DNA of 64,000 bases from Octopus vulgaris (Eukaryota): assembly GCA_951406725.2 (NCBI GenBank), contig OX597825.1, positions 19,034,001-19,098,000 of the forward strand, written 5' to 3'. Below the pieces are notes generated by a model that saw nothing but the letters and a program-made list of their open reading frames with translations, was not told the origin of the DNA and made no database searches. The translations under genes and the position numbers were made by a program. This document shows, in pieces, positions 1-13,095 of the stretch (its first letter is position 1; each line of letters begins with the position of its first letter).

Positions 1-789
1 AGACGACGAATTTTGATAGCATTCTCTTATCTAATATTGCATTAAAAAAATTGAATATAACGTACATATCATGTTTGGTAGTTAACAATGAATCATGGTA
101 TTGTTGCTTACGAAACCTTCCATTCCTTGTTCTTACATTTGAACGTTTCTTTACTTCTTTGATTGTGTTTGAACGTGTGTTTGTGTGAGTGTGAGTATGT
201 GTGTGCGTCTGTGTGTATTCAACTCAGTTTGTACTCCAGCGCTAGTTAAAAGCATCTGCATCGTTGGTATTCTCTTCTCTTTCTATAAATGATAGTTCAG
301 AACGAACGTCAGAGCAGCTCTGCACTCATCGTTGGCCAATCCGCTTTGCTGTGGGTCCATTATAATAAAAGAAGCTTAATGTAAAGCTTGAGATGCATTT
401 CTTTGCTGAATTAATCAGGATCCTATGATATTTCGTGTTATTTTATTTCAGGGTAATTATAATATTTACTAATGGAACGAGCTCGCTAAGTAACCGATGT
501 TTAATACAATTTGAACCATGGTGTTTGTTATCGTATTTTCTTTTCTGTCTCTAATATCTTCATTGGCTTTTGACAAATGTCTATTATTTCCAGAAACGAA
601 GCTACGGTTATAGGAGCGGGTACCCACATTGCTATCAGAAACAAGCAGCCTTATCGGATTTCCTTCTAAAAATATGACAAGCAGGTCAATTTGTTTTCTT
701 AATTTAAAGCGATCTCTTGCCAGACAGTTAGCTGCCAAACAAAACGTAGTGAGACAGTTTCCTTCGTGCATTTTTACTCGTCAACTTTA

Positions 790-1355
790 CGGGTTGTCCG
801 GAAAGTTCTTGCCGATTTTAAGAGGAAAATAAAAGGTCAATAAATACTTGTCATTACATTTTTAATCAACCAAATATGAAACATTTTGTTGCACAATGCG
901 TCTCCATCTTTCCTTTAACTTGAAAATATCCTCTACCCTCAATTGATGTGGCTTCATGGCAAAGAATTCATCGAGGTATCCATTTACGTCATCCAAGGAA
1001 TTGAAATTTTTACCATTAAGACTATTCTGCAGAGACCTGAATATGTGAAAATCCGAAGGAGCAATATCTGGTGAATATGGAGGGTGGAGTAACACAACCC
1101 AGCCGAGCTGCAGCAATTTTTGTTTGGTTCCCAAAGCATCAAGTGCCGAAAATGAACTTTCTTTTATTCTATTTTAAAGGGTTACAGAATTAACAGAGGT
1201 TATAGGAACATAAACCTTCTTCCACGAATAGATAGCTTAAACTGTGCTCTAAACTGGGGATATAGTCAAATCCTATTTTACGGAGTCAACCATGTTCTAA
1301 AATAATTCGAAAGGTAAGCTACTATAAATCGGCACGAACTTTTCGGACAACCCAA
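790..1355 (-). mobile_element. Internally deleted mariner (Tc1/mariner) DNA transposon with both TIRs; only the transposase C-terminus remains (862-1134)
   Basis: TIRs (C)GGGTTGTCCGGAAAGTTCTTGCCGATTT at 790 and AAATCGGCACGAACTTTTCGGACAACCCAA ending 1355, flanked by TA; ORF 862..1134 has the mariner motif HPPYSPDIAPSDFHIFRSLQN. Confidence 0.9.
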
Positions 1356-1650
1356 TACACATGCAGTAGTATTATCATGCATGTGCGAATACATTTAAAA
1401 GCTTTTCAATCCAATTTCCATTGCACCATTTGAAGGGAATATTGGTAAACTGAGTTCAGTGGAGTGAATTTTAATCGCTGTCTTATATTGAATTTAGGCA
1501 AACACAAATTCATCCTTATATCTACGAATAAGACCGGCGAGCTTTGCTTAGCGCCAATATAACTGTGACTGGGAGCATCAACGATTACAACTCTTTCAAT
1601 AGTTATCATAACGTTTTGTTATACATATTTAAGACTGCCCTTTTTCCTTC

Positions 1651-1841
1651 TTTTTACTTGTTTCAGTCATTTGACTGTGGCCATGCTGGAGCACCGCCTT
1701 TAGTCGAGCAAAATCTACCCCAGGACTTATTCTTTGGAAGCCTAGTACTTATTCTATCGGTCTGTTTTGCCGAACCGTTAAGCTACGGGTACGTAAACAC
1801 ACCATCATCGGTTGGGGAGACAAACACAGATACTCAAACAT

Positions 1842-1888
<47 letters not shown>

Positions 1889-1897
1889 AATAAATAA

Positions 1898-1928
<31 letters not shown>

Positions 1929-2092
1929 TAGTTACTCCAAACATGAACAAAGAGTAAACACAACAACGCGAGGAAAGAAAGAAGGAGGATGTAACGTTTC
2001 GAGCGGAGCTCTTTGTCAGAAACATAGAAAAAAGGAAAGGTCCAAGGATGGGAAGACGGAAAAAGAAAATCGCCAACGATACACAGGCGGTC

Positions 2093-2123
<31 letters not shown>

Positions 2124-2322
2124 TACATATATATGACAGGCTTCTTACAGTTTCCGTCTACCAAATCCACTCACAAAGCTTTGGTCGCCCGAGGCTATAG
2201 TAGAATACTCTTGCCTCAGGTGCCACGTAGTGGGACTGAACCCTGAACCATGTGGTTTGTAAGCAAGCCTCTTACCACACCATGTGGTTTGTAAGCAAGC
2301 CTCTTACCACACAGCCTACACC
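1651..2322 (-). mobile_element. tRNA-derived SINE (family B, ~400 bp with internal microsatellite), interrupted by a hammerhead-bearing element at 1931-2093
   Basis: Matches copies at 18427, 28248, 38915 and 53678; tRNA-like head with A/B boxes (GGCTGTGTGGTAAG...GGTTCAGTCCC) on the minus strand. Confidence 0.8.
1931..2093 (-). mobile_element. Short non-coding hammerhead-motif element (family H1), probable Penelope-like solo pLTR; core decayed (CTGACAA)
   Basis: Homologous to 12899-13097, 50736-50925, 58795-59000 and 60934-61135; flanked by (TA)n; minus-strand motif GTTT-CTGACAA-A-GAGC-TCC-GCTC-GAAA-CG-TT at 1989-2023. Confidence 0.75.
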
Positions 2323-2389
2323 TATTGCATCAACCCAGATGTTCATTCCATATTCAACAGAGTAATTTTAGGTGATATTCTGCAATACC

Positions 2390-2570
2390 TATTTCTTTAT
2401 TACCCGCAAGGGGCTAAACACAGAGCGGACAAACAAGGACAGACATAGGTATTAAGTTGATTACATCGACCCCAGTGCGTAACTGGTACTTAATTTATCG
2501 ACCCCGAAAGGATGAAAGGCAAAGTCGACCTCGGCGGAATTTGAACTCACAACGTAACGCAGACGAAATA
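2390..2570 (-). mobile_element. SINE family A (tRNA-derived, Nin/Deu-domain-like), partial
   Basis: Reverse complement of the core GAGTTCAAATTCCGCCGAGGTCGACTTTGCCTTTCATCCTTTCGGGGTCGATAAATTAAGTACCAG, which recurs many times in the window. Confidence 0.85.
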
Positions 2571-3549
2571 TTCTGCAATACCATCAATGGAAAGAAGAAC
2601 TATATAACTTGTTTTATCCTGTATCATATCTTCGTTTCCCACTTTCAATTTCAAGTTCCATAAAATACAATACTTTTTTATTTAATAAAATACAGAACTT
2701 GGCCCAATGTGTTCTGAAAATATCTGAATATTAGTGATCTGTATCATAGGCAGAATCTCATACATTTTGAGGCAGAATTATACTCGATTAAAGCCAACCA
2801 CAGTCTTTGACTTTATTTATGTTATATGACACAGATATGCCAAGCGAATTCGCCAGAACATTATTTTTGCCCTCTACTCTATCAACCCTTTCTTTCACTG
2901 CCTTTAGATATCTCGATGTTAATAGCATGTACAAATGCAAGACAATTATTAATTCAATGAAACAATATGTTTTTCTACGTACATACATGCATACATAATA
3001 CATAAATATACGCATTATTACACTAGACATATTTACATACACACATTCCTGGTGGTATGTATGAATGCTAGCCTGTGCGTAAAATAGTCGATAATACAAT
3101 CTTTAAGGCTGTGCTTAAATTAATGAACACTAAAATTAAACTGTGTATGTAATCAATATTTTAATGGAAAAAATAATTAGAGAAATCTGAATAAACAAAT
3201 TTTAACAAGAATAAATAGATAAAATAAAGTAATTCATAACAAAAAAGAAAATAAATATTAAAAATCAGCGATAAAGGAATAATGATTAGAGGATTTTTAA
3301 AATTAATTTCAGTGTCTTGTATGTAACAATTAATTAGAGTAACATCTCCGCATTCCAAAATTTTCAAATTTCATTTCATGAATTAATTGACATGTATATA
3401 AAAAAAAAACATACCAGTAATTCTGAAAGGAAAGTCAAGTTTATATTAATTCAATGTGATTAATTGTTTAAGTCGGTTTTTTTAAACTTTTCTCTTTTAC
3501 ACGAGTATAACATAATCACCTTTGTTGGTAATATATGTCTTACTCACTT

Positions 3550-4135
3550 AAGGGGGCGAGCTGGCAGAATCGTTAGCATGTACGGTAAATGCTTAGCGGC
3601 ATTTTGTCCACTTTTACGTACCAACGAGTTCAACTTCAAATACCACCGAGGTTAACTTCACCTTTCGCAGTCGATAAAATAAGTACCAGTTAAAAACTGG
3701 GGTCGATCTAATCGATTTACCACTTCTCTCAAAGTTGCTGGGCTTGTGGCAAAATTTGAACCAATATATTTGATACCCACTAAAGGCGGTGAGCTGGAGG
3801 AAGCGTTAGCATGCCGGGCGAAATGCCTAACGGTATTTCGTCTGTCATAACGTTCTGAGTTCAAATTCCGCCGAAGTCGACTTTGCCTTTCATCCTTTCG
3901 GGGTCGATTAAATAAGTACCAGTTACGCACTAGTGTCGATATAATCGACTTAATCCGTTTGTCTGTCCTTGTTTGTCTCCTCTGTGTTTAGCCCCTTGTG
4001 GGCAGTAAAGAAATAAGAAATGTTAGCATACCATGCAAAGTGTTTAGCCACGTTTCACCGTCTTTACGTATTAAGTTCAAATACTACCAGGTTGACTTTT
4101 CCTTTCATCCTTGCGAGACCAATAAAATAAATACT
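3550..4135 (+). mobile_element. Cluster of three consecutive SINE family A copies (best preserved 3783-4016)
   Basis: GGCG(G)CGAGCTGG..AATCGTTAG head, GAGTTCAAAT B-box and CCTTTCATCCTTTCGGGGTCGAT core, repeated. Confidence 0.85.
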
Positions 4136-4439
4136 TACTCGGAAGTCTATTTTAAATGTATTAAACTGTTCAAATGTTGATTTCTCATTTAATATCACCG
4201 TTTTGAACAAGTCTGCATATTTTTGCATATTAATTAAGGACGTATTTCATCTGTAACTGCAACAAAAATGGACATTTTTCAGTTTTTTATTTTTATTCTT
4301 ACGTGTTCTCTCAGGTTGTTACGAAGGCAAGTACTTTTTTCATTTTTTAATGTGAAAGGAAGGCAGTGTCCATGAATTTTTTTCAGGATATTCAAGAGTT
4401 CTGAGATGAACGGAAGAAGATATTCTAGAACCGGAAATC

Positions 4440-6422
4440 TTGCAAGAGGTTAACGTTTGAGTGTACTGCACTGAAGTTACTCAAGTTACCAAATGATGAT
4501 GTGAAACCGGGTGTAAGTTTAAACAAGTCTACCGCTCAACCAAACTATGATGTAGTTTGAACGCAGAATGCAAAATAGATACAGCAATACATCATGACCA
4601 ACGTTCAACAGTCCTGCAATTACATCGTTCAGGTTTTGAAATTTTTTATCAATCTTAAAATAATATTAGAAATTGACAGGCATTTCAACACAGAACTTAA
4701 GGAATCAGAAAAAAACTATAAATATTCTATCCGACACCCTTAAGAGTCTGCTAATTCGTTGTCTTTTGTAGCTGCTATATAAGTAAATTAAAACCAGGGT
4801 GTGAAATGTCATTCTTCACCCAGAAACCTGTTACTGTTCTGTAGTCCTCAGCTCTGAATAAGAAATACGGGTTTTATGTTTTTGACAAGCACTGTTTGCC
4901 CATATATTATAGGTGATGGATATGTAGTAAATACAAGAGTTGTAAAGGAAAAACAATTGTTCCGTTGATATTTAAAACAGAATTTCGATCTCATCTGTTC
5001 AGTTTATCTTTTCTCCTTTGACAAACAGTATTCTTGCGTATAATTTTGTTTATATACATGTGTGTGTATGTGTGTGTGTGTGTGTGTGTGTAAAGATCTT
5101 TTGCTTTTGGGGGCCAAAACAGAAATGAACATAAAATTTTATTACCAACCAAGTACTGCTATCATCTTATTCATTATTTTTGTTTATCTTTCCCTAAAAA
5201 CTTCGTGGCATTACAACTGTGTGATCAAAATCATTATTTGCCTCAATGAGTTACATCGACTTCAAAGATTATATATAACTTAGAAGAACGCACCACGTTA
5301 AGATATTACTCATTCCTTTGCAGCTTTCACTATACATGCTTAGGTAACATGCTGAAGAAAAAAAGGAAAAAATTAAGTGTTGTTTATTAGAACAAGTTTT
5401 GATATCCGTAATAATATGTGTTACCGAATTACTACCACAGCTTGCTCATTTCACGTAATAGCATCTTGGATAAGACAAGATATGTTCGAATCCAACTAAA
5501 CAAATACTGTGTGTGTGCGTTTCAGCAGAAACAACAATCCGAATAATTTTGGTGCACCCTGAATCGCATCGAATATAATGTATGATATTTCTGCAATTAA
5601 TTTTAACAACCTCACACGCTGTGCAGCGCTGGGGAAACGTTTATAGAATCGATTGATTGTGACTGGTTTGAAAATGGCAATTTGAAAAGAAACCCAGAAA
5701 AATTTCGAATGGACAGATCTATGAAGTTCGTAAAATCTGGCGCTCGGAATATCGGTAGATGAAATATGGCCTTTTAGCAAGATTGAATGTACTTCGTTAA
5801 AGTTACCCAAGTCAACAAGTGGTGTTGTGAAATCGGGTGAAAGACTAAATGAGTCTACCACCCAACCAAACACTTAAGTAGTTTGAACGTAGACCGCAAA
5901 GAACCAAAAAAAGATACCACAACATATGCTATCCCATGCTTTACATTCCTGCGATTCCACCGCTCTGATGTTGTATATTTTAATCGATTTTAAAAGAATA
6001 AAAGGAGAATTTGAAAGGTCTTTCAAATCAGAATGTAAAGAAGCAGAAAAAAAATTAGAATATTTTATCCGACATATTAAGTACCTACAAATTTTCTGTC
6101 TTGAGAAGCTGTTATATAAGGGCGAGAATTCTCTTTCTTCAACTAGAAACTCACTACTTTTCTGCAGTCCTCGGCTCTGCATATGAAATAAGGGTTTAAA
6201 TTTTTGTAAATGAAATAAGGGTTTCAATTTCTGCAAGTAGTCTATGGCCTCACATTTTAGGGGAGAGGTACATAGTAAACAAAAGAGTTAAAACAAGTAA
6301 GAGTGTTTGTTTCAATTGATATTTAAAACAGAATTGTGATCTCATCTTTTCAGTTGTTTATCTTTTTCCCATTGGCAAAAGTATTCTTGCATATAATGTT
6401 ATATATATATATGGTGCGCCCC

Positions 6423-6476
<54 letters not shown>

Positions 6477-6483
6477 GTGTGTG

Positions 6484-6552
<69 letters not shown>

Positions 6553-7230
6553 ACAAGATCTTTTGCTTTTTGAGCCAAAACAGAAATGACCATAACATTT
6601 TATTACCAACCAAGTACTGCTCTCATCTTATTTATTTTATTTGTTTATCTTTTCCCTAAAATTTGTGGCTTTGCAACTGTGATAGAAATCATTATTTGCC
6701 TCAATGAATTAGACTGACTTCAAAGAGTATATATAACGTAGAACGTACGTTATTAAGATATTACTCATCCTCTATGCTCTTCGCTATACATGCTTAAGAG
6801 ATTTTCTGAAAAACATTTATGAGTTGCATTCAAAAGAACATGTTTTGATATCCATAAGGATATGTGTTGCCGAATTACTACCAAAGCTTGCTCATTTCAC
6901 ATAATACAATTTTGGGATAAGACAATATCTGTTGGAATCCAGGGCACCACATTAGTAGAACTAAACAAATACTCTGCATGCGCGTGTGTGTGTGTTTCAA
7001 CTGAAACAACAGTTCGAAGAATTTTGGTGCACCCCGAAGCACATCGAATACAATGCATGGTGCTCCTCCAGTTAATGTTAATAACCTCACTTACTGTGGA
7101 GTGCTGGAGATGAATTTGCAGACCTGATTGCTTGTGTCTAGTTTGAGAATGGCAAATGAATAGACACCGATAAAAATTTCGAATGTGTCGACCTATGTAT
7201 GAAGTGTGTGAAACTTGACGCTCGGGACAT
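4440..7230 (+). repeat. Old diverged tandem duplication, units ~4440-5750 and ~5770-7230
   Basis: Collinear shared blocks, e.g. GATATTTAAAACAGAATT..GATCTCATCT (4967/6318), CCAAAACAGAAATGA (5114/6575), TTACCAACCAAGTACTGCT (5142/6603), TTTTGGTGCACCC (5547/7022). Confidence 0.8.
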
Positions 7231-8146
7231 AGGCAAGAAAGTGGCGAAAACCTGTTGGAAGATATGTGCTGTGTATGGAGAGAATGCTGCTCTGGGACGT
7301 GTGTGTTAGAAGTGGTTTTCAAGAATTCGTTTGGGAACTCTTTTTCAGTCCTCGCTCTGAACGGCCAACTAAGATTAACTGTGGCAAAATGAAGGAGTTA
7401 ATGGTTATCAACCCCTGCCATACGATCTGGATAGTCGCAGATATTCCGCAGATGTCGAAATCGAGTGATGAATCATCTGCATCAACTTGGTTACGTTAGC
7501 AAGTTCACTGAACGGAGGGAACTTCCATTTTCAGTTCGTAGCAGAAACGAGCAGAAAACTATCCTTCTTTGCTGAGAATTGTGACAGGAGAAGAAAATTA
7601 GATCGTCCATAATAATTTGAAGCGCAGACGATAATGAGAATCACGGCGAACCACAACAAACAATCTCCAAAGCAGGAATTCATCCGAAGACGGATACGCT
7701 TCCAGTTTGGTGGGAAGGGTACTGTATTTTATGAGATTCTTCCCATGAGCAACACCGTCAGTTAGGATGTGCATTATGACCAGCTGGACAAGCTAAACGT
7801 AGCCTTTCATCTGAAGCGACGAATTCTCGCTAATCGTAAAGGCGTTGTCTTGATGAAAGACTAGACCAGACCGTATACTTTGCAGATGTGGCAGGCGTTA
7901 CAGGGGTGTGACTGGGGAGTTTTGCTTTACACTCCATAATTGCCTCACCTTTCATCTTCAGATCTGTTTTAGCCTCTTGAGAATTTATTGAATAGCCAGG
8001 ACTTCACCTGTGAAGAGAATGTAAAACATCGCCTAGAAGAGTCCCTCGCCATTAAAGACAGGAAATGTTTTTAGCAGGGAATAATGGATCAGCACACGAG
8101 ATGGCTGAAGATACTAGATCGAAATAGTAACTATATCATTGATTGA
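7150..8146 (+). pseudogene. Highly degenerate mariner transposase pseudogene
   Basis: Translated remnants KICAVYGENA, RIVTGEE(N*) for RIVTGDEKW, and WGVLLYTP*LPHLSSSD for WEVLPHPPYSPDLAPSD; ends YIID*; many stops and frameshifts. Confidence 0.75.
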
Positions 8147-10668
8147 ATACGTGACTTTGCGTTTAACACTTGTGGTATATTTTTGTGTAAAAAAAAACCG
8201 TACTTTATTTTTATAAAATATTCAGTAAAAATTTTCTTAATGTGTAAATTATTTCATCTTGAAAGATATACGATATTTTTATAATTTATGTTAAACAAAT
8301 TTGATGATTCTTTGAATTAAATTAAGAGTAATTTTATTACTGGTATTTACTAATATATGGATAATCCGAAATATTTCTTGTGGAAATAATTTCCCATTTG
8401 AACGTAATGTTTTCTGACTAAATACTCTAAGGAACTGTTCGCTGTTTCTTGGCAATTGTCATTTATAGAGAAAGGTTATGGTTGTTGGCTCCAGTTCGAT
8501 ATATCATCTTGGAAGAATTAAATGCGATGTCGTCCTTGATCAGATTTTAATTTGAATTTGTAAAGTATTTAGTGAGATTATTTATAGTTTCTGCCAAGTT
8601 AGAATTCTCTTAAGGCTAACAATAATATTAATGCGAAAAGTACGGCGACATTTTGGCAGAAAATGTAGAGTGCCGTACTAACTGTCTTGAAGTGTTTGAC
8701 TCATCCTTTTGGTCTCAAGTCTTGCTGGAATTGATTTTGATTTTAATTCATTTAGGTTAAGCAGATACAAGAAGTATATTAGTTTCGATGCAATCATCTT
8801 CACTTCGCAACTCTGTACATACTTAAGAGTAAGAACATTATCAATATGTAAAGTTGTAACGCATATATTATTTCTCTAGAAAATTTGAAAATGTTGGGTA
8901 TTTTTTTTCTATCTCAGCATTCTTTTACTCTCGTCATGTAATCTATTGAGGGATCTTTCCTAGCTTATCTATAGAAATATTATACGTCTTGGTTTAGTTC
9001 GAAAGACCACTGGAATTTCTCACGATTGTTCCGTGATCGACGATAGCTGGCACTGGATTCTTGTCTCTTCACTGTTCGATTACTTCTACACTTGTTTGAA
9101 AAACCTTGTTTCTTTGCATTTATTCAAAGAAGTTAATCAGTCTTTTTTTTATTTTATTTTATTTTTTTTGACCAGACTTTTATAAATGGCAACATCTATA
9201 GAGGATAGTATTGATTTTTTATCTATGCATGTATTTCTGTATTATTATGGAATATTTATATATATGTAGTTAGGTATGCGTGTATGTTTGCAAATACGTT
9301 CGTGTGCATGTGCAGTTTGCATTTAATATGGCGTTGTTTAACAGGTTTAATAGGAGTTCTCAATCGAAACGTTTGCATGAATGCTGTCAGTTTATAGTTG
9401 AAGCTAAATTCTTATCCTTAGTTTAAAGTTTCTCTCTTCGAGAAAATATCAGATTCACATAATCTCCTTACTTTCTCATATAAAAATAAATATTGAATTG
9501 TAAATAAATAAGAAATCAATTGCATTGAATACTAATACCTTTGTGGTTCATTGATATGATTGCTATCTCTTATTCGTGATATCCGTTTTTTTTAATATAT
9601 ATATACAATAACCAAAGCACACAGTCAATAATGTATGTTCTAAAATATCCAGTTGTATTAAGGCGAGCGTATATGGGAGACGTAACTGATACTATTGCAA
9701 TGGTGGTGGGGATCTGTCAACACAGCTGTCTTTTGAAATGTAAAGGAATATCTCCTCTCGTACCACTGAGGCTGCCTTGAACACGTAAAACACGCTTCAC
9801 CAAAAATAGGGCTGTGTTATAAACTTCTATGTCGGATATAACTTACGATATGTATGAGAAAATATGCGAATCGTAATAGATAAGATCGAAATCAGAAGTC
9901 ATATTGATTTCACGTAGCCTTTCATCTTTTTTCTTTTCTGTTTTTTTTTTTTTTGTTCAGCTTTTCCAATAGGAGCATTTGATAACAACAGTCCTTAGAT
10001 AACAAATTAATGCGAGACTCGTTCTTCCAATATCTCCCTGTTATTTAACAATGATTTTATTGATAAATCATGTTCTTTACAGAAACATGATTATATTTTG
10101 TTGCAAAGTGTGTTGTATGGCCGAATAAACGTAGTTGTTACAACATTTATATTCAAAACGGCAATACTAAGAGAATAAATATTCTTTTTAAAATTCCGAC
10201 AACCAATGCAACACATATCAAGGGTGGTTTATACGTACTTATTTCTTTGTAGTGCGAAGACGAAATAATTTTGATTTGAATGGATTGATATCACCGACAA
10301 TAAGATCTTCATGGTACGTGATATTTAGAAACCAAATTCTAAGATAATTATCTCGAGCTTCCAAAGCAACAATTTCGATTCATACTTTCCCAGCCTTTTC
10401 AGATTGGTCACCTTTAATTTGTCCTCCTTCAAATCATTATTAATATACTTTCGCTTACCATAACAAAGCGTCCTTTTATTGTCGTCAAACTAAATTCTAT
10501 CTCGACCAACAATTGCATTGATAGAAAGTTGAGAAAATCGATATATCGAGACACCTTTTAAAGTTATATATTTCAAGACGGATTTATATAGAACATAAAT
10601 ATTTTTTTCTTCAAATTATGAAGTGATACTTCATAACCTACACGTTTATCTGATTTTTTTTTATTTAA

Positions 10669-10731
<63 letters not shown>

Positions 10732-11194
10732 CATATATATATATACATATGTATATATGTGTGTGTGTGTGTGTGTGAATACTATGTGTACATACTGTCA
10801 GTCAAGTGTTTCGATCATTCATATATTTGACAAGAATCCCGATCGTTGAGCTGATTTTTATTAGTGAATAGGTTATCGATTATTTACTACAGTGAAATAG
10901 CGTGTCATTCCAAATTAAATATCACTTTTCCTTCATTGACCAAATAATACACAAATAATTAGATGACAGATAGATTTACACGCTAAATTGCTACCTACCA
11001 TTTACTATATACCTCTGACTATCAGTGGATATAATATAGCCGGTAGTTTAATTAGTTATTATTGCAGCAATATTTTCAAAGCAATGGTTGACGATCGATA
11101 TATAGTAATGATACATTATTCAACGAAACAATTCAACGAGGTTTCGATATTAGGATACAGATAATTCATTTCGTTCACACAGCAGCTCGTTGAG

Positions 11195-11444
11195 GGTACT
11201 ATTTAAGAAGAGTGGCCCTGGTGCGCTCGCTCGCGTACTCGCGCATCCGCGCTAGCTAGTCGTGACAAGGCGATCCTACAACGACTACTTAGCAAGGTAA
11301 ATAAGACACAAAATAAATAATTTTTTTACACAAAGTAAATAAAACACAAAAACACAAAGTAAGGATCGACTAGTCACGACTAGCTAGCCCGGATGCGCGA
11401 GTACGCGAGTGCGCGCACCGGGATCACTCTTCTTAAATAGTACC
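11195..11444. mobile_element. CpG-rich MITE, 250 bp, ~83-bp imperfect TIRs, 9-bp direct repeat CTCGTTGAG on both sides (Mutator-like)
   Basis: GGTACTATTTAAGAAGAGTG... / ...CACTCTTCTTAAATAGTACC; CTCGTTGAG at 11186-11194 and 11445-11453. Confidence 0.85.
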
Positions 11445-11640
11445 CTCGTTGAGAACTCAACAATGAATTCTTACCTCACTTTATAAAATTGTGATGTAAA
11501 ATTACAAAAAAAACAAAGAAAAAAAATTTAAAAATTCTCGTTACATTAGAAGGCAATTAATTTCCGATGCCTGACTAATGAAATTTTTCACCATTAAGTA
11601 AAACCACAGAAAACAATGTAAATATTATTTTTATGTTAGG

Positions 11641-11896
11641 GAAATGTACTTGCATAGCGAGAGACTTGATCTGAAATCGTGTGCTGGAACGAAAACAATT
11701 GCAGCGTGGAAGGTGTTTATAAGCCATTTAAGAGGCACACAAAAACCGTGATGCAGCACGGAATTTTGTCAGTGAACAGGTCGCGGTTTCAAAGCGACGA
11801 AAATATTTTGACAAATTAAATTTAAACGTTGAAGAGAATCTTACGGTTTTTGTGTGTTTCTTAAATGGCTTATAAACACCTTCTACGCTGCAATTG
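11641..11896. mobile_element. Non-autonomous fold-back mini-element of the Penelope-like pLTR family
   Basis: 11641-11749 matches the left end of the large element (20788-20896); 11750-11896 matches its right end (24467-24611); the two parts are in inverted orientation. Confidence 0.85.
11765..11815 (+). ncRNA. Putative minimal type I hammerhead ribozyme, G3-C8 core variant
   Basis: TTTGTCA-GTGAACA-G-GTCGC-GGTTTCAAA-GCGAC-GAAA-ATAT-TT-TGACAAA. Confidence 0.6.
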
Positions 11897-11959
11897 ATTT
11901 TATGGTCTTCTAGAAAATAAAGCATTGGGTGACTAATTAAATAATATCTTATCTTTAGA

Positions 11960-12300
11960 TTGTGGCCATGTTAGGGTACGGCCTTGAAGGATTTTTTCAG
12001 TCGAACAAATTGACTTGGACTTATTCATTTAAGCCTGGTACTTATCCTATCGGATTCTTTTGTCGAACCGATCAGGTTGAAAATACACCAATACTGGTTG
12101 TCAAGTGGTAGTGGGGAACAAACTGGGTCACAAAGACACACACCCACATCGACACACACACAAACGCGCACACATACACACACATATATATATACGGGCT
12201 TCTTTCAGTTTCCGTCTCACAAATCTATTCACAAGGTTTTGGTCGACCTGAGACAGTAGTAAATCCATGTGGTTGGGAAGCAAGCTTTTTACCACACAGC
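11960..12300 (-). mobile_element. SINE family B, degenerate
   Basis: GGGCTTCTTTCAGTTTCCGTCT..CAAATC..TTCACAAGG and CCATGTGGTTGGGAAGCAAGCTT..TACCACACAGC blocks shared with other copies. Confidence 0.75.
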
Positions 12301-12898
12301 AACAGAATGGAGATAGATATGTGTTCCGGAATCACTAACTTAAAATATGCTGTTATACGATTGACAAGAATTGCATCATGAACAACACAAGGAGCTACTA
12401 AAATCAAATAAAAACTGGTAACTTATTCTGCAGCGCCAAAATACAGAAATCATTATATTGCAGCCAAAATAACGAAATAGCTAACAACGTATGTTATTAC
12501 ATGTATTAATTGCTATTTAGCATTTAAAAATATATCTGAGAAAATAGTATATTTGTTAATATTGATGTTTGTTGTAAATTAAATTGGCTCCATAAGACCT
12601 ATTACAAAACATTTATATTCGTTTTATATGTTTGTAAGTAGAGAATAAATTACCAAGTGAGTCACTACTTTTTAAACTGATACCGTATGATGTAAGAGGC
12701 ATTTAGCTGTTATTTCTTGCATGTTGAGGAGAATGACAGCGTTAACGGTGATCCTCGTTTCTAGGATGCACGTGTGATATGCCGGTTCAATGGGAGCTCC
12801 AATTCCGATCTGAATATTGATGATAAATACATATGTATCCACTCTTAGCAACATATTGAGTTCTAAACAGTGTTTGAAGCATGTAAAATGCATTTTTA

Positions 12899-13095
12899 TG
12901 ACCTCGTGTGTACCGTTGGCGAATTTTTTTCCTCACTCTTCCCTTCTTTGGATCTTTCCTTTTCCTATGTTTCTGACGAAGAGCTCTGCTCGAAACGTTA
13001 AACTCTCCTTCTTTCCTGAACGTCCAATAATACTATACGTGTTCCACGTCCTCGCGTTGTTGTGTTTTCTCTTTGTGTTTTCATGTTTGGATTAA

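Noticed and set aside
469-832. 100-aa and 67-aa ORFs near the window start
   Set aside because: No recognisable domain, overlapping on opposite strands, and one runs into a mariner TIR.
2249-2312. Exact 32-bp tandem duplication inside a SINE B head
   Set aside because: Ordinary local slippage duplication with no further structure.
2457-2663. Recurring peptide WYLIYRPRKDERQSRPRRNLNS in several ORFs
   Set aside because: It is the antisense translation of SINE family A, not a gene family.
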